DNA of 64,000 bases from Dehalococcoidia bacterium (GCA_963665775.2 CAXXTF010000002.1:960001-1024000); one strand, 5' to 3'. Shown: positions 41,035-51,584, counted from the stretch's first letter. Notes: generated from the letters alone by a model not told the origin. Translations and numbers: made by a program.

Positions 41035-42477
41035 GTGGGCATTTCACAGAGTGACCTAGAGGCCAGGCTGGGGCAGCAGAAGCAGCGAGACGAGATCCTG
41101 CTGGAGGTGACTCGCAGCGTCTGTCCTACCTGCCGACAGGTAATCGACGCCCAGATTTTCATGCGCGATAACCGCATCGTCATGCGTAAGCGCTGCCCTG
41201 AGCACGGGCGGTTCGAGGCGCTGATCTGGTCGGACGCCCAGATGTACCTGAAAGCGATGCCCTACAACAAGCCGGGGACTATGCCCCTGCAGTTCAACTC
41301 GGAAGTGAAAGACGGCTGTCCCTTTGACTGCGGCCTCTGCCCCGATCACCAGCAGCACACCTGCGTAGGCATAATCGAGGTCACCGGGCGCTGCAACCTG
41401 GACTGCCCGGTCTGCTTCGCCGGCGACGAACACGACACCCGCCTGAGCCTGGAGCAGGTCGACTCCATCCTGGAGAACCTGTTGCGCTGCGAGGAGTGGC
41501 CGGACGTAGTGCAGTTCAGCGGCGGCGAGCCCACGGTGCATCCCCAGATCCTGGATATGTTGCGCCTGGCCAAGAGCAAGCCCATCAAGGCGGTGATGCT
41601 GAACACTAACGGCCTCCGCATCGCCAACGACAAGCGCTTCGTGGACGCCCTGGCGGAGATCCGGCCCTATATCTATCTGCAGTTCGATGGCCTTGAGGCG
41701 CAGACGTACGAGCGCCTACGCGGCCGCAACCTTCTCGACGTCAAGCTGCGCGCCCTGGACAACCTGGCGGCAGCCGGCCTCGGCGCGATCCTGGTCAGCA
41801 CCGTCATCAAAGGGGTCAACGACCATGAGGTGGGCGAGATCGTCAAGTTCGGCGTCCGCCATCCCGCCGTGCGTGGGGTCTCCTTCCAGCCCGGGTTCGC
41901 CAGCGGCCGCTATCTGCCGCCCTTCGACCCGATGGACCGCACCACAATACCGGACGTGATCAAAGGGATCGAGGCCCAGACCGACGGCATGTTCGTGGCC
42001 GACGACATCATTCCCATCCCCTGCTGCTTCCCCACCTGCTCCGCCGCCACCTACGCTCTCATGATCGACGACGAGGTCGTTCCTCTTCCCCGGTTGGTTG
42101 AGGTCGAAGACTACTTGGACTACTTCACCAACCGGGCCATCCCGGAGCCGGCCCACGAGGTGATGCAGGCCTTGGAAAGCCTCTGGTCGGCCTCCGGCGG
42201 GCAGGGCCCGGATCGGGCCCTGCAGCACTTCTGCACGGCCTGCGGCATCGACTTCTCCCATCTGGAGGAGCTGGAGCAGATGCTGTTCATGATCGTCATC
42301 GTCGCTTTCCAGGACGAGTGGAATTTCGACGTCAAGCGGGTCATGAAGTGCTGTGTGCACGAGCTGCTGCCCGGCGATCGGATCATCCCCTTCTGCGCCT
42401 ACAACTCCGTAGGTTATCGAGAGCAGGAGCGGGGCGATCCGATCGTATCGCCCAAGTACGAGGCGGCGGAGCGATGA
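41035..42477 (+). CDS. Radical SAM protein, tetraether synthase (Tes/MJ0619)-like family
   Basis: SVCPTC...CPEHG rubredoxin-like site; GCPFDCGLCPDH; CNLDCPVC; QFSGGEP; FQDEWNFD..R..KCC...IPFCAYN. Confidence 0.8.
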   Translation: MGISQSDLEARLGQQKQRDEILLEVTRSVCPTCRQVIDAQIFMRDNRIVMRKRCPEHGRFEALIWSDAQMYLKAMPYNKPGTMPLQFNSEVKDGCPFDCGLCPDHQQHTCVGIIEVTGRCNLDCPVCFAGDEHDTRLSLEQVDSILENLLRCEEWPDVVQFSGGEPTVHPQILDMLRLAKSKPIKAVMLNTNGLRIANDKRFVDALAEIRPYIYLQFDGLEAQTYERLRGRNLLDVKLRALDNLAAAGLGAILVSTVIKGVNDHEVGEIVKFGVRHPAVRGVSFQPGFASGRYLPPFDPMDRTTIPDVIKGIEAQTDGMFVADDIIPIPCCFPTCSAATYALMIDDEVVPLPRLVEVEDYLDYFTNRAIPEPAHEVMQALESLWSASGGQGPDRALQHFCTACGIDFSHLEELEQMLFMIVIVAFQDEWNFDVKRVMKCCVHELLPGDRIIPFCAYNSVGYREQERGDPIVSPKYEAAER

Positions 42478-42578
42478 CGACCCCGTCGAGGGCGGGACGG
42501 CTTCGTTGCTGACTCGCTTCCTGCTGGGCGAGTCGGCGCCGCAGGCCGCCGCCGAGCGCCAATAACAGCCCTGGCGAG

Positions 42579-42598
42579 ACGCTATTAACTCATAGTGT
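42579..42598 (-). repeat. Boundary palindrome site 10
   Basis: ACGCTAT-taactc-ATAGTGT, exact reverse complement of site 7; between convergent gene ends. Confidence 0.85.
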
Positions 42599-42692
42599 CG
42601 CGTGGGAATCGGCGGTCACAACGAGTGGACTCAGCATGCGGTCAAGGGCTCCCGCGCGTTCTGTAGGCTTAGCGGACTCCATACCCTGCGCG

Positions 42693-43988
42693 TTACCCCG
42701 TGCCCTCCCCTGGTTCACCCTCCGATGACGGCGGCACTCGGTACTCGCTGATGAGGCGGGTGTCGGCGCGCGCCGCCCACATTGCGATGGCAGATAGACT
42801 CACCACGAGCGCTATGACGGACCAGCCTAGAGTGTAGCCGCCGGTGACGTCCAGCGCTTTGCCCACGAATAACGGTCCGAAGAGAGCGCCGATCGTGACC
42901 GACAGCCGACTGAGCCCGTTGATAGTGCCGAAGGTCTTGGTGCCGAAGTAGTCCGCCACTATCGCCTGGCGTACTGGCAGGGTGGAGCCGAAGCCCACGG
43001 CGATGATCATTAAACCGATGATGACGTGCCAGAGCTCGCCAGCGATTGCGAGGATCGGGAGCCCGGCCGCAGCTGTCAGCATGGCGACGGCCATTACCAC
43101 CCTCTTCTCGTAGATATCCCCCAAGATTCCGGCCCCCACGCGGCCGAATATCGTGGTGACGGTGAACACCGCCAGGACAGAGCTAGCAAGGGCCTTTGAG
43201 TAGCCCAGCGATTCCACGAAGGGGATCAGGTGAACCATGAGACCAGACGAGCCGAAGCCGAGGAGCGCCACCCCCAGACTGAGCATCCAGAAGGAGCGCG
43301 AGCGAAGCGCCCGACGCACAGGCACTCCCCAGTCGGGGGACGCCACGCCGGCACCTTCGCCTCCTTCTGCGGCAGGATCGATACCGTCGACCGGCTGCCG
43401 ATGGTTGGCCGGGCGCTCGCGTACGTTAAGTGCAGGGTACATAGCCACAGTGAGGGCGATGACGGCCAAGATGCGCAACGCCGCCCGCCAGCCTATCTCA
43501 TCCACCATCCAGCCCGCGCCCACCACGAGGATGCCTGACAGGCCCCCGCCCACGGAGACCAGGGCCATCGCCCGGGAGCGCCGCCTCACGAACCAGGTGG
43601 CCGTGGCCTTGTAGGCGGAGACCCCGCTGGCGCCGCTGTGACCGGCAGAGATGAGCATCATCACAACATAGAATTGCCAGAGCTCCTGGATGAACGACAT
43701 CAGGAAAACTCCGCCCGAGGCGAGAAACAGGCCGACGACGAGCAGGCGGCGCGGCCCGATCCGATCCAGGAGCACCCCGACGACTGGAGCGGCGATGCTG
43801 GCCGCCTCGGAACGCAGCGAGAAAGCCAGGCTGACGGAGGCCGCGCTCCAACCAAATTCGTCGCGCAGGGGGTTGAAGATCGTACCGAAGGAATGGACGA
43901 ATACGGCCGTCGTCAGGATGATAATGAAGCCGCCCGAGGCGGCAACCAGCCAGCCTTCGTAGACATTGGGAAACAGTCGGCTGAGCAT
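42693..43988 (-). CDS. MFS transporter (OFA/MCT-like)
   Basis: Multiple TM segments, GVLLDRIGPR, WFVRRRSRA, ADYFG. Confidence 0.9.
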   Translation of the reverse strand: MLSRLFPNVYEGWLVAASGGFIIILTTAVFVHSFGTIFNPLRDEFGWSAASVSLAFSLRSEAASIAAPVVGVLLDRIGPRRLLVVGLFLASGGVFLMSFIQELWQFYVVMMLISAGHSGASGVSAYKATATWFVRRRSRAMALVSVGGGLSGILVVGAGWMVDEIGWRAALRILAVIALTVAMYPALNVRERPANHRQPVDGIDPAAEGGEGAGVASPDWGVPVRRALRSRSFWMLSLGVALLGFGSSGLMVHLIPFVESLGYSKALASSVLAVFTVTTIFGRVGAGILGDIYEKRVVMAVAMLTAAAGLPILAIAGELWHVIIGLMIIAVGFGSTLPVRQAIVADYFGTKTFGTINGLSRLSVTIGALFGPLFVGKALDVTGGYTLGWSVIALVVSLSAIAMWAARADTRLISEYRVPPSSEGEPGEGTG

Positions 43989-44220
43989 CGAAACTACCTG
44001 AGATGCTACCTCATCGGACTGGCAGGCGCACTTTCAGTTGCCAGGGCTGCTCTCAACCCAGGCCAGGGCGGCTCTCAGCTCAGGATGGTCTGCCGCTTAC
44101 TCCCGCCCAGCATCCAGCCCCCTTGCTGCCTACGCGGCTGTGGCTCCCCTCGACACATCCTCAGCCGGGTTAGTCCGTCGCCGACTGAATCGGACCGAAC
44201 CGGCGGCTGTGAACTATCCT

Positions 44221-44240
44221 ACACTGCCCACACATAGAGT
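44221..44240 (-). repeat. Boundary palindrome site 11 (degenerate)
   Basis: ACACTGC-ccacac-ATAGAGT; spacer is the reverse complement of site 6. Confidence 0.55.
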
Positions 44241-44318
44241 CCGCTGTAGGGCCTTGTGCCGTGACTTTAATCGTCGTCTAACGTTTAACTCTTATACTGG
44301 AACGCTAGAAGAAGACTC

Positions 44319-45977
44319 ATGAAGATGTCTAGAGGACTCTCACGGCGGGCATTCCTCGGTGGCACCGTGGCAGCGGCGGCGGGGACAGCGGGAGCGTTCA
44401 CCTTCTGGCTGATCGACTTCCCCATGGGTAGCAGCGTGCACGTGTCCCCCGGAGATGCCGCGGATGTCAATGCTAGAGCGTCGTTTGAGTTCCCGCCTGG
44501 CCGGCGGGCGGAGGCCGCCCATCTGCTTCGCCGCGCTGGCTTCGGCGGCAGCCGCGCCGAAATGGAGTCCCTGGCGGGTCTGTCCCGTGAGGAGGCCGTT
44601 GACCGTGTGATGGACTTCTCCGTCGCCGACCATGCCGACAGCGTGCTGAGCGAGCTGGGCGTGGACCCGTGGAACCATCCGGACCAGATCGGACGTTGGT
44701 GGGCTCTACGAATGGTGTACAGCAGCCGCCCGATGTTGGAGCGCTTCACGCTCTTCTGGCATGACCACTTCGCGACGTCCATTCAGAAAGTCAAGGATCC
44801 GTGGCTGATGCTGGGCCAGAACCAACTGCTTCGCTCCCATGCCCTAGGCAGCTTTCGAGACCTTGTACTGGCAACGGCCAAGGATCCAGCTATGCTCATC
44901 TGGCTGGACAACCGTCTGAATGTGAAAGGAAACCCGAACAAGAACTACGCACGCGAATTGATGGAGCTGCACACGATCGGGATCGGGAACTACACCGAGA
45001 CGGATGTGAAGGAGGCAGCCAGAGCCTTCACCGGTTGGGGCTTGCGGCGTCGAGAGCAGCGAACGTTTCGCCTGCGCGCTCAGGAGCTACGTAAAGCGGC
45101 CGCCAGCCCGGATCTGAGCGCCAGCCAGCGCCGGGATATCAGGCGAGAACTCCGCATGTTGGAGCGCGACTACCCTCTGGAGTTCACCTTCAGTCCTGAG
45201 CATCACGATGAGGGCATCAAGACCTTCCTCGGAGAGACCGGCCCCTGGGATGGCGAAGACATCATTGACCTCCTAGTGCAGAGCGACGCCTGTGCCGATT
45301 TCATCTGCCACAAGCTGTTCGCTCATCTAGCCTATGAGGAGCCGAGCGAGGCGACGATCGACCAACTCAAGGCTACCTACTTTCGGAGCGGCTATAGGCT
45401 TCAGCCGGTGGTGCGCGAGATCCTCCTGTCGCCAGAGTTCTACTCGGATCGTGCGTACCGGTCCCGGATAAAAAGCCCGGCCCAGTTCGTTGCCGGTACT
45501 GTCCGTGCTCTAGACGGTCAAACTGACGGCTTCGGGCTGGATTCGGCTATGGCCAGTCAAGGCCAGCATCTGTTTAACCCGCCGAATCCCGCCGGCTGGC
45601 CGGGTGGTCCTGCTTGGATCAACGGCAACACCATCATCGGCCGGTCCAACTTTGCTGCGGAGGTCGCGGCGGCTCGCCCAAGCGGCGAAAATGTCTCTCC
45701 AGAGGGCCGTCAAAGGGACCGAGCCAGCCACGGTTGGATCGACCCTGCTAGTCTCCTCGCCGACGCAACCGAGGCGGGACAGGTGGCCCAGACCCTTGTC
45801 GAGCTACTTCTAGACGGCAACGTGACGGCTGGCGACCTGAACATCCTGGTTAAGTACCTGCACACAGGTCCGGGAGGTAGCTATCAGGAGTTTAGCTTGA
45901 CCGAACGAAGTATCGACCATAAAGTGCGCGGCCTAATCCATCTCATCCTGGCTTCGCCTCTTTACGAACTGAGCTAG
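44319..45977 (+). CDS. DUF1800 family protein
   Basis: HLLRRAGFG, LFWHDHFATS, DPAMLIWLDN, NYARELMELHTIG, PPNPAGW; Tat-like SRRAFL. Confidence 0.9.
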   Translation: MKMSRGLSRRAFLGGTVAAAAGTAGAFTFWLIDFPMGSSVHVSPGDAADVNARASFEFPPGRRAEAAHLLRRAGFGGSRAEMESLAGLSREEAVDRVMDFSVADHADSVLSELGVDPWNHPDQIGRWWALRMVYSSRPMLERFTLFWHDHFATSIQKVKDPWLMLGQNQLLRSHALGSFRDLVLATAKDPAMLIWLDNRLNVKGNPNKNYARELMELHTIGIGNYTETDVKEAARAFTGWGLRRREQRTFRLRAQELRKAAASPDLSASQRRDIRRELRMLERDYPLEFTFSPEHHDEGIKTFLGETGPWDGEDIIDLLVQSDACADFICHKLFAHLAYEEPSEATIDQLKATYFRSGYRLQPVVREILLSPEFYSDRAYRSRIKSPAQFVAGTVRALDGQTDGFGLDSAMASQGQHLFNPPNPAGWPGGPAWINGNTIIGRSNFAAEVAAARPSGENVSPEGRQRDRASHGWIDPASLLADATEAGQVAQTLVELLLDGNVTAGDLNILVKYLHTGPGGSYQEFSLTERSIDHKVRGLIHLILASPLYELS

Positions 45978-45990
45978 GGAGGACCGGCCA

Positions 45991-47259
45991 ATGCCCAGGA
46001 CCCAGATCAGTAGACGCGAGTTTCTAAGAGGGAGTATGGGCGGCATTGCCCTCGTCTCGGCTGGCTCGCTGATGCCGGCGGTGTTCGTGCGGTCCGTATT
46101 CTCCCGGGAGGCTCGTACTGTATCCGCTGCTGAGGGACGCGTCATCGTAATCCTTCAGGTGGCCGGGGGCAACGACGGCCTGAATACGGTTGTACCGTAC
46201 AACGACGGGCTCTACTATGACGCCCGTGCCAGCTTGGCCATCTCTCCTGAGGATGTGCTTCCCTTAAACGACCGAATTGGTTTGCATCCGGCGATGACGG
46301 GGCTCAATACCCTGTGGCAGGAGGGCCATCTGGCCGTCGTGGAAGGTGTGGGTTATCCGAACCCCAGCCGTTCTCACTTCCGATCCATGGAAATATGGCA
46401 CACGGCCAACGCGGAGGGCGTGTCCTACGAGGGCTGGCTTGGCAAGTACCTAGATGCTACGGGCGCAGAGAACGGTAATCTTTGGCGGGCAGTGAACGTG
46501 GGATCTTCGCTCGCACCCTCTCTGGCCTCGGATGCCGTCTATGTGCCGACGGTCAGCAATATTAACGCCTACCAGCTACGGAGCGACCCACGCTACCCCG
46601 ATGACCACGAAAACAGGATGCAGGCGTGGACAGCTCTCTACGCTGAGGCTGCTTCCGAACCTGGCTATCTTCCCCTGGTGAGCGCGACAGGTCTCCAAGC
46701 CTTCGATAGCGCCATTCAGCTTGGTAACGTTGCTTCCGGTTACGAGCCGGCGGTAGAGTATCCGAGCGGCCCCCTCGGCGAGGCGATGAAGCTAGTGGCC
46801 CAGCTGATAGATTCCGAGCTGGGTACTGGGATTTGCTATGTGACTACCGGTGGCTTCGACACACATGCACAGCAGCCCAACCTGCACGCGGCACTTCTGG
46901 GAGGACTCTCAGACGCCATCCTCGCCTTCGACCGAGACCTTGCCGCGCACGGCAAAGGCCAGGACGTAGTCCTGGTGACGTGGTCGGAGTTCGGTCGTCG
47001 AGTAAAGGAGAACGGCAGCACGGGCACCGATCACGGTACCGCCGGCCCCCTGTTTGTGGTTGGCGATCCGGTGCAGGGTGGCGTCTATGGCGAGCCCTCT
47101 AGCCTCGCGGAGCTGGACAACGGTGACCTGAGGTTCACCACCGATTTCCGATCGGTCTACGCTACACTTCTTGAGGAGTGGCTAAGTATGCCATCCGCCG
47201 ATGTCTTGGGTGCCAGTTTCCCAACTCTCGGGATCTTTGCCGGACCTCCCGCCGTCTAA
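45991..47259 (+). CDS. DUF1501 family protein
   Basis: SRREFL, GGNDGLNTVVP, RSHFRS, GGFDTH, SEFGRR..ENG..GTDHG. Confidence 0.9.
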   Translation: MPRTQISRREFLRGSMGGIALVSAGSLMPAVFVRSVFSREARTVSAAEGRVIVILQVAGGNDGLNTVVPYNDGLYYDARASLAISPEDVLPLNDRIGLHPAMTGLNTLWQEGHLAVVEGVGYPNPSRSHFRSMEIWHTANAEGVSYEGWLGKYLDATGAENGNLWRAVNVGSSLAPSLASDAVYVPTVSNINAYQLRSDPRYPDDHENRMQAWTALYAEAASEPGYLPLVSATGLQAFDSAIQLGNVASGYEPAVEYPSGPLGEAMKLVAQLIDSELGTGICYVTTGGFDTHAQQPNLHAALLGGLSDAILAFDRDLAAHGKGQDVVLVTWSEFGRRVKENGSTGTDHGTAGPLFVVGDPVQGGVYGEPSSLAELDNGDLRFTTDFRSVYATLLEEWLSMPSADVLGASFPTLGIFAGPPAV

Positions 47260-47282
47260 CACTTCAGAGGCGCTGGGCGCGA

Positions 47283-47535
47283 CTTAGAACCAAAGGCCAG
47301 CAGTGAAGTCCGTGTGATGGTCGCTCTGGGCAGCGTTGCTTAGGCTGCGGTGTCTCGGCTGGTAGACCTGCGGCCGAGGCCCAAAATCGGACACGGCGTA
47401 GAGGCTCGTCTACCCGGCCGGCGCGTAATGATCTGTTCTTATCACCCTAGCCGGCAGAACCCATTCACGCTCAGGCTCAGCGAAGAGATGCTTGACACCG
47501 TGTTCCGCAGGGCTCGGCTACTCGCTTCGGTCTGA
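47283..47535 (+). pseudogene. Uracil-DNA glycosylase (family 5-like) C-terminal fragment
   Basis: VMVALGSVA*AA...GHG...CSYHPSRQN.FT.RL...MLDTVF. Confidence 0.7.
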
Positions 47536-47586
47536 GAACCGACGCCGGGCCATGTTCCGGCCTGAGAACTGACGCCGCGATCCCAA

Positions 47587-48876
47587 TTAGGACGTCCAAC
47601 GGGCTGGTATCGCCAGCTCGGATGCCAGACCCTTTTCTTGAGCGAGGAGCCGAATATAGTTCATGGCGGCGCTACCCTGCTGCAACTCACTTTTCAGTTT
47701 TGGATCGGTGAGTCGCATCTCAATAAGGCTGGCCAGGAGACCGCCCTCGTCCAGGGGCTTGCCGATAAGGACTGCGCCGACAAGCCGGTCGCCTTCAAAG
47801 ATCAGCTTTCGGTAGTCCCCGCCAGAGTTGACGGTAATGATACCCTCTCGGCCGTTACCCTCGTCAAGGATCCCTACGGAGCCACAGGGAACGCCCAGAG
47901 GAGTGAAGGAGTTGAGCCCCAGGTTTCGCAAGCGGGCCGTGGGTAGCCCCCCCATGTTCAGCCCAGCCACCCTCCCATGCTCAGTGGCGGCCGGTATTAT
48001 TGCGAATACGCTAAGCTCGCCACTTATAGCGTCTACACTGGCGGCGCAATCCCCTGCCGCGTAGATTCCCTCGACGTTGGTCTTGGAGTGATCGTCGATA
48101 ACGATGCCCCGATCCACCTTGATGCCGGCTCCATCTAGGAAGTCGATGTTTGGCACGACACCTACTGCCATCACGACCATGTCCGCCTCGACCTGGTCAC
48201 CACTGGCCAAGGTCAGAATCTTCTGCCCGTTGGAATCTTCGATCCGATCAACCCGCTGTTCGAGGCGCAGGTCCACGCCGACATCCCGGTAGCGGGCCTC
48301 TATGATCTTGCCACCATCGGCGTCCATGGCCACCGGCATCACGCGGCTCAACATTTCGATCTGAGTCACCTGCTTGCCTCGGGCTACCATCGCGTTCACC
48401 GTCTGGATTCCGATCAGGCCCCCGCCGACCACGGTCACACGTTTAGCAGTCTGGGCAGCGTCGTCGATCTTACGCGCATCTTCCGCGGTCCACAGGGTGA
48501 GCACGCCGGGCAGCCGGCCCCCGTCCATTGAGGGAACGATGGACTTGGATCCGGTAGCGATTAAGAGGTCATCATAGGGTACGGATGTGCCGTCTGCCAG
48601 CGTCACCGCCTTGCCGGCAGCGTCTATCTGTACCACGGCCTTGCCGGCACCGAGAAGGGGTTCCACGTTGTGCTTCTTGTAGAAGCTGTAATCAAGGTAA
48701 AACATCTGCTCATAGGACATCTTCCCGGATAGGTAATAAGTGGTGAGAGCCGGTGAGTAGGGTGACCCGTCCTCTCTTGAGATCAGCACCACCTCATCGG
48801 AGTCACTAACTTTGCGCAACCACTCCACGGCGGTCGTGGCAGCATGGCTATTGCCGATAATAACGTGCCGCTTCAC
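47587..48876 (-). CDS. FAD/NAD-dependent oxidoreductase (AorC-like subunit)
   Basis: VIIGNS, YDDLLIATGS, VVGGGLIG, IYAAGD. Confidence 0.85.
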   Translation of the reverse strand: MKRHVIIGNSHAATTAVEWLRKVSDSDEVVLISREDGSPYSPALTTYYLSGKMSYEQMFYLDYSFYKKHNVEPLLGAGKAVVQIDAAGKAVTLADGTSVPYDDLLIATGSKSIVPSMDGGRLPGVLTLWTAEDARKIDDAAQTAKRVTVVGGGLIGIQTVNAMVARGKQVTQIEMLSRVMPVAMDADGGKIIEARYRDVGVDLRLEQRVDRIEDSNGQKILTLASGDQVEADMVVMAVGVVPNIDFLDGAGIKVDRGIVIDDHSKTNVEGIYAAGDCAASVDAISGELSVFAIIPAATEHGRVAGLNMGGLPTARLRNLGLNSFTPLGVPCGSVGILDEGNGREGIITVNSGGDYRKLIFEGDRLVGAVLIGKPLDEGGLLASLIEMRLTDPKLKSELQQGSAAMNYIRLLAQEKGLASELAIPARWTS

Positions 48877-48920
48877 TTGTTTCCTCCTGCCAAGAGCTAG
48901 ATCAGTGGGAGGCTAACGGC

Positions 48921-49421
48921 CTAGGCCGTAGGAGCGTCGCCGGTAACCGGTGTAAGTGGGACCACCTCATCGGTGAAGCGTAGGTAGGGCAGCGCGCGAA
49001 GATGGTCCGCTGGCTCCGGGAGTTCGCCATAGCTGATGGCCCCCACCTCACAAAACTTCACGCACCAGGGATCTCCATCACACAGGTCACACTTATGGGC
49101 CAGGCCATCCCTGACGGTGACCGCGCCGAAGGGGCAGGTGACCGTACAGAGGTTGCAATTGATGCACTTATCGGCGATGAAATCCACCTGGCCGGTTTCC
49201 GGGTTCTTCTCGAGGGCCCGAGTTGGACAGTTCAGGGCACAATACGGAATTTCGCACTGGGCGCAGACCATCGGGTAATAGAAGTAGGCCTCATTAAATA
49301 GTTGCATTCCGATGAGGGACTTAGACGGATCGATTTCCCCCTCGTGCGAAAGGGAGCAGGCCACCTCACAAGCCCTGCAGGCGATGCATCTGCTGGCATT
49401 AATCAGGAGTCCCTTAGTCAT
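48921..49421 (-). CDS. 4Fe-4S ferredoxin subunit (AorA-like)
   Basis: Four Cys clusters including CIACRACEVAC and CINCNLCTVTCP. Confidence 0.9.
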   Translation of the reverse strand: MTKGLLINASRCIACRACEVACSLSHEGEIDPSKSLIGMQLFNEAYFYYPMVCAQCEIPYCALNCPTRALEKNPETGQVDFIADKCINCNLCTVTCPFGAVTVRDGLAHKCDLCDGDPWCVKFCEVGAISYGELPEPADHLRALPYLRFTDEVVPLTPVTGDAPTA

Positions 49422-49469
49422 GGCGACACTCCATTCTGTCGTTGGCCTTGGCGGAGGCCGTCCGGAATC

Positions 49470-51377
49470 TCATGTCGGTTTAGAGCCCGCCGGCTCAGCA
49501 TAGAGCGGGGGAATCAAGTCATCGAGGCCCAGCCGCTTCAACGTCTCGGGCAGAGGCTTGCCCTCTTCTTTACTCCAGCCCATGGACTCGTAAAACTCTT
49601 CAATCATTCCGACCAGGTGGGGCCGGATATCAAGTCCGGCGTAGGCACCCGTCGTGTGGGGCTCCATGAAGCGGGGTCCGATGTCCAGATCGTCGGCTTT
49701 TGTCATGCCGCGGCGAATCCCGTACACCCGCTGGAGGTTCATGACGCGCTCGCCCACTTCCAGCACTTCTTCATGGCTGAAGTCATCCCAGCCAACAGCG
49801 GTGGCGATGCTGCGAGCCATGAGCGTGTGGTAGCCGGGCGTGCGCCGCATATTGATGTTGGCAGCGAACCAGCAGACCCCATTGACATCCTCGAAGGTGG
49901 ACCGCTTCTGGGTGCCGGCCAGGAGCGCGCCCTTACCTTTCATTTCCCACGGGTCCTGGGGTTCAAACCCCAGGTCGGGCTCCCCCATCAGCTCGCTGCC
50001 GAGGCTACCTTGCCAGCAGGGGCCGGCTGGACAGACGGCCTGTCCCACGATGATGCTGGGACGAGCCCGCCAATCATGGAGGTTGGGGCCGGAGCCCTTG
50101 ACGTGGACCACCATGTTGGGGGCCTCACCGCCAATGTACTCGGCGGTCTTCTTGGGCCCTTCCGCCAGGATCGCACCGAAGCCTTCCTTGTAGGCGATCA
50201 TGCGCCATAGCTTCTCGGTCATTTCGGCGTCGCCCCAACGGAGCTCCAGGCCGCCAGTCTTCTCCTTCGTCAGGATGCCCTTCTCGAAACACTCGATGGC
50301 CAGGCCGATCGCGCAGGATGGCGTTCCCACGTCCAGGCCCAGGCGGTCCACCAGGTCCGTCAGGTAGAGCACTGTCCCCGGCTCATCAACGCCGGCCATG
50401 GCGGCAGCCCCCTCCGAGTTTTCGAATCCTCCCGCCAGGGTAGCCTCGTAGCCAGCATGGGGACCGGTGGTCACGTCGATGCCGTAGGCGCACGGGCTGG
50501 GGCAGGCCCAGCAGCCTCTCGGGTGGACCGGGAACTTTTCCGACTCCTCAGAGACGCCGCGGCGGAACTCCTTGGACCATTCCGGGTCGCTGAAGTTCTT
50601 GCCGGTCGTGAAGTAGGGGGCGTCACCGGCATCGGGCGGCCTGGCACGGGCGGCATGGGCGATGACGTGGGTCCCCTCGACAGTCTTGTGCCACTCGAGG
50701 GAGACCTGCAAGAACTCTTTCGGGTTAGCGATTGGCACCGGGTAGGGCCCTCTGGTGACGGCAATAGCCTTAAGCTTCTTGGCGCCCATGATGCAGCCCA
50801 TGCCCTTGGAAGCGCTATGCATCTTGTCGTTCTCGATGGAGGCGGCCTCCACGAGATTCTCGCCGGCGGGGCCGATGGCTGCCACACTCGTTTCCGCCAC
50901 CATCCCGATGTCCACCACAACGGCGTCCTCTGTTTCGTGAGTGTCCAGCCCCCAGATGCCGCTGGCGTCCCGAAGCTCGGCCTCGCCATCGTGGATCCAG
51001 AGGTAAGTGGGGCTAGCGGCTGCCCCCTGGACGATAATGCCATCGAACCCGTTCAACTTGAGGAAGGCACCCCAATAGCCATGAGAGTGGGAACCGTGTA
51101 TGACCTTGCTGTGAAGCTCGTGGCGGACGCTCGTGACTGTCCAGTCCGATGAACTCTGGATAAGGGTGCCGGTGATGGGACCGGTGGTGAACACCAGCCG
51201 GTTTTCGGGGTCGAGGGCGTGGACGTTCATGGGCACCTCGTTATTGATGATCCAAGCGCCCAGGCCGAGGCCGCCTATGTACTTGCGGAGGATCTCATCA
51301 CTCGGTAGTGGCTCCTCTGAGACACTGCCGGAGCTGAGATCTACCCTAAGGAATTTGCCGGCATAACCACCCTTCAT
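49470..51377 (-). CDS. Tungsten-dependent aldehyde:ferredoxin oxidoreductase family catalytic subunit
   Basis: GYAGKFLRVDLS, AIGPAGENLV, MGAKKLKAIAV, CWACPSPC, DRLGLD. Confidence 0.9.
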   Translation of the reverse strand: MKGGYAGKFLRVDLSSGSVSEEPLPSDEILRKYIGGLGLGAWIINNEVPMNVHALDPENRLVFTTGPITGTLIQSSSDWTVTSVRHELHSKVIHGSHSHGYWGAFLKLNGFDGIIVQGAAASPTYLWIHDGEAELRDASGIWGLDTHETEDAVVVDIGMVAETSVAAIGPAGENLVEAASIENDKMHSASKGMGCIMGAKKLKAIAVTRGPYPVPIANPKEFLQVSLEWHKTVEGTHVIAHAARARPPDAGDAPYFTTGKNFSDPEWSKEFRRGVSEESEKFPVHPRGCWACPSPCAYGIDVTTGPHAGYEATLAGGFENSEGAAAMAGVDEPGTVLYLTDLVDRLGLDVGTPSCAIGLAIECFEKGILTKEKTGGLELRWGDAEMTEKLWRMIAYKEGFGAILAEGPKKTAEYIGGEAPNMVVHVKGSGPNLHDWRARPSIIVGQAVCPAGPCWQGSLGSELMGEPDLGFEPQDPWEMKGKGALLAGTQKRSTFEDVNGVCWFAANINMRRTPGYHTLMARSIATAVGWDDFSHEEVLEVGERVMNLQRVYGIRRGMTKADDLDIGPRFMEPHTTGAYAGLDIRPHLVGMIEEFYESMGWSKEEGKPLPETLKRLGLDDLIPPLYAEPAGSKPT

Positions 51378-51584
51378 GGTGCACCTCCAACCATATTCGC
51401 TGCCTAGCTCACTGACCCGGGGCCGCCTCACCCAGTCCTGCAGGCGATCGCTCCGCGCCACTCAATATACTAGCATTATACAGCCGAAAGCGATCGTGTC
51501 ACGGCCAGGCTCCGCCGACCCTGCTTACACGGCGAGCAAACTGCTGGGTCTCTTCGCTGATCCGCGCTTGAACACTCTCCTGCG

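Noticed and set aside
817-47343. Amber (TAG) recoding suggested by in-frame TAGs in the IS orfA, recombinase, GNAT copies and UDG fragment
   Set aside because: The TAGs replace different residues (W, Q and probably E or Y), mostly in already decayed genes, and many intact genes here end in TAG.
47532-47577. 16-bp direct repeat CTGAGAACYGACGCCG
   Set aside because: Only two copies 30 bp apart; likely a local duplication scar.
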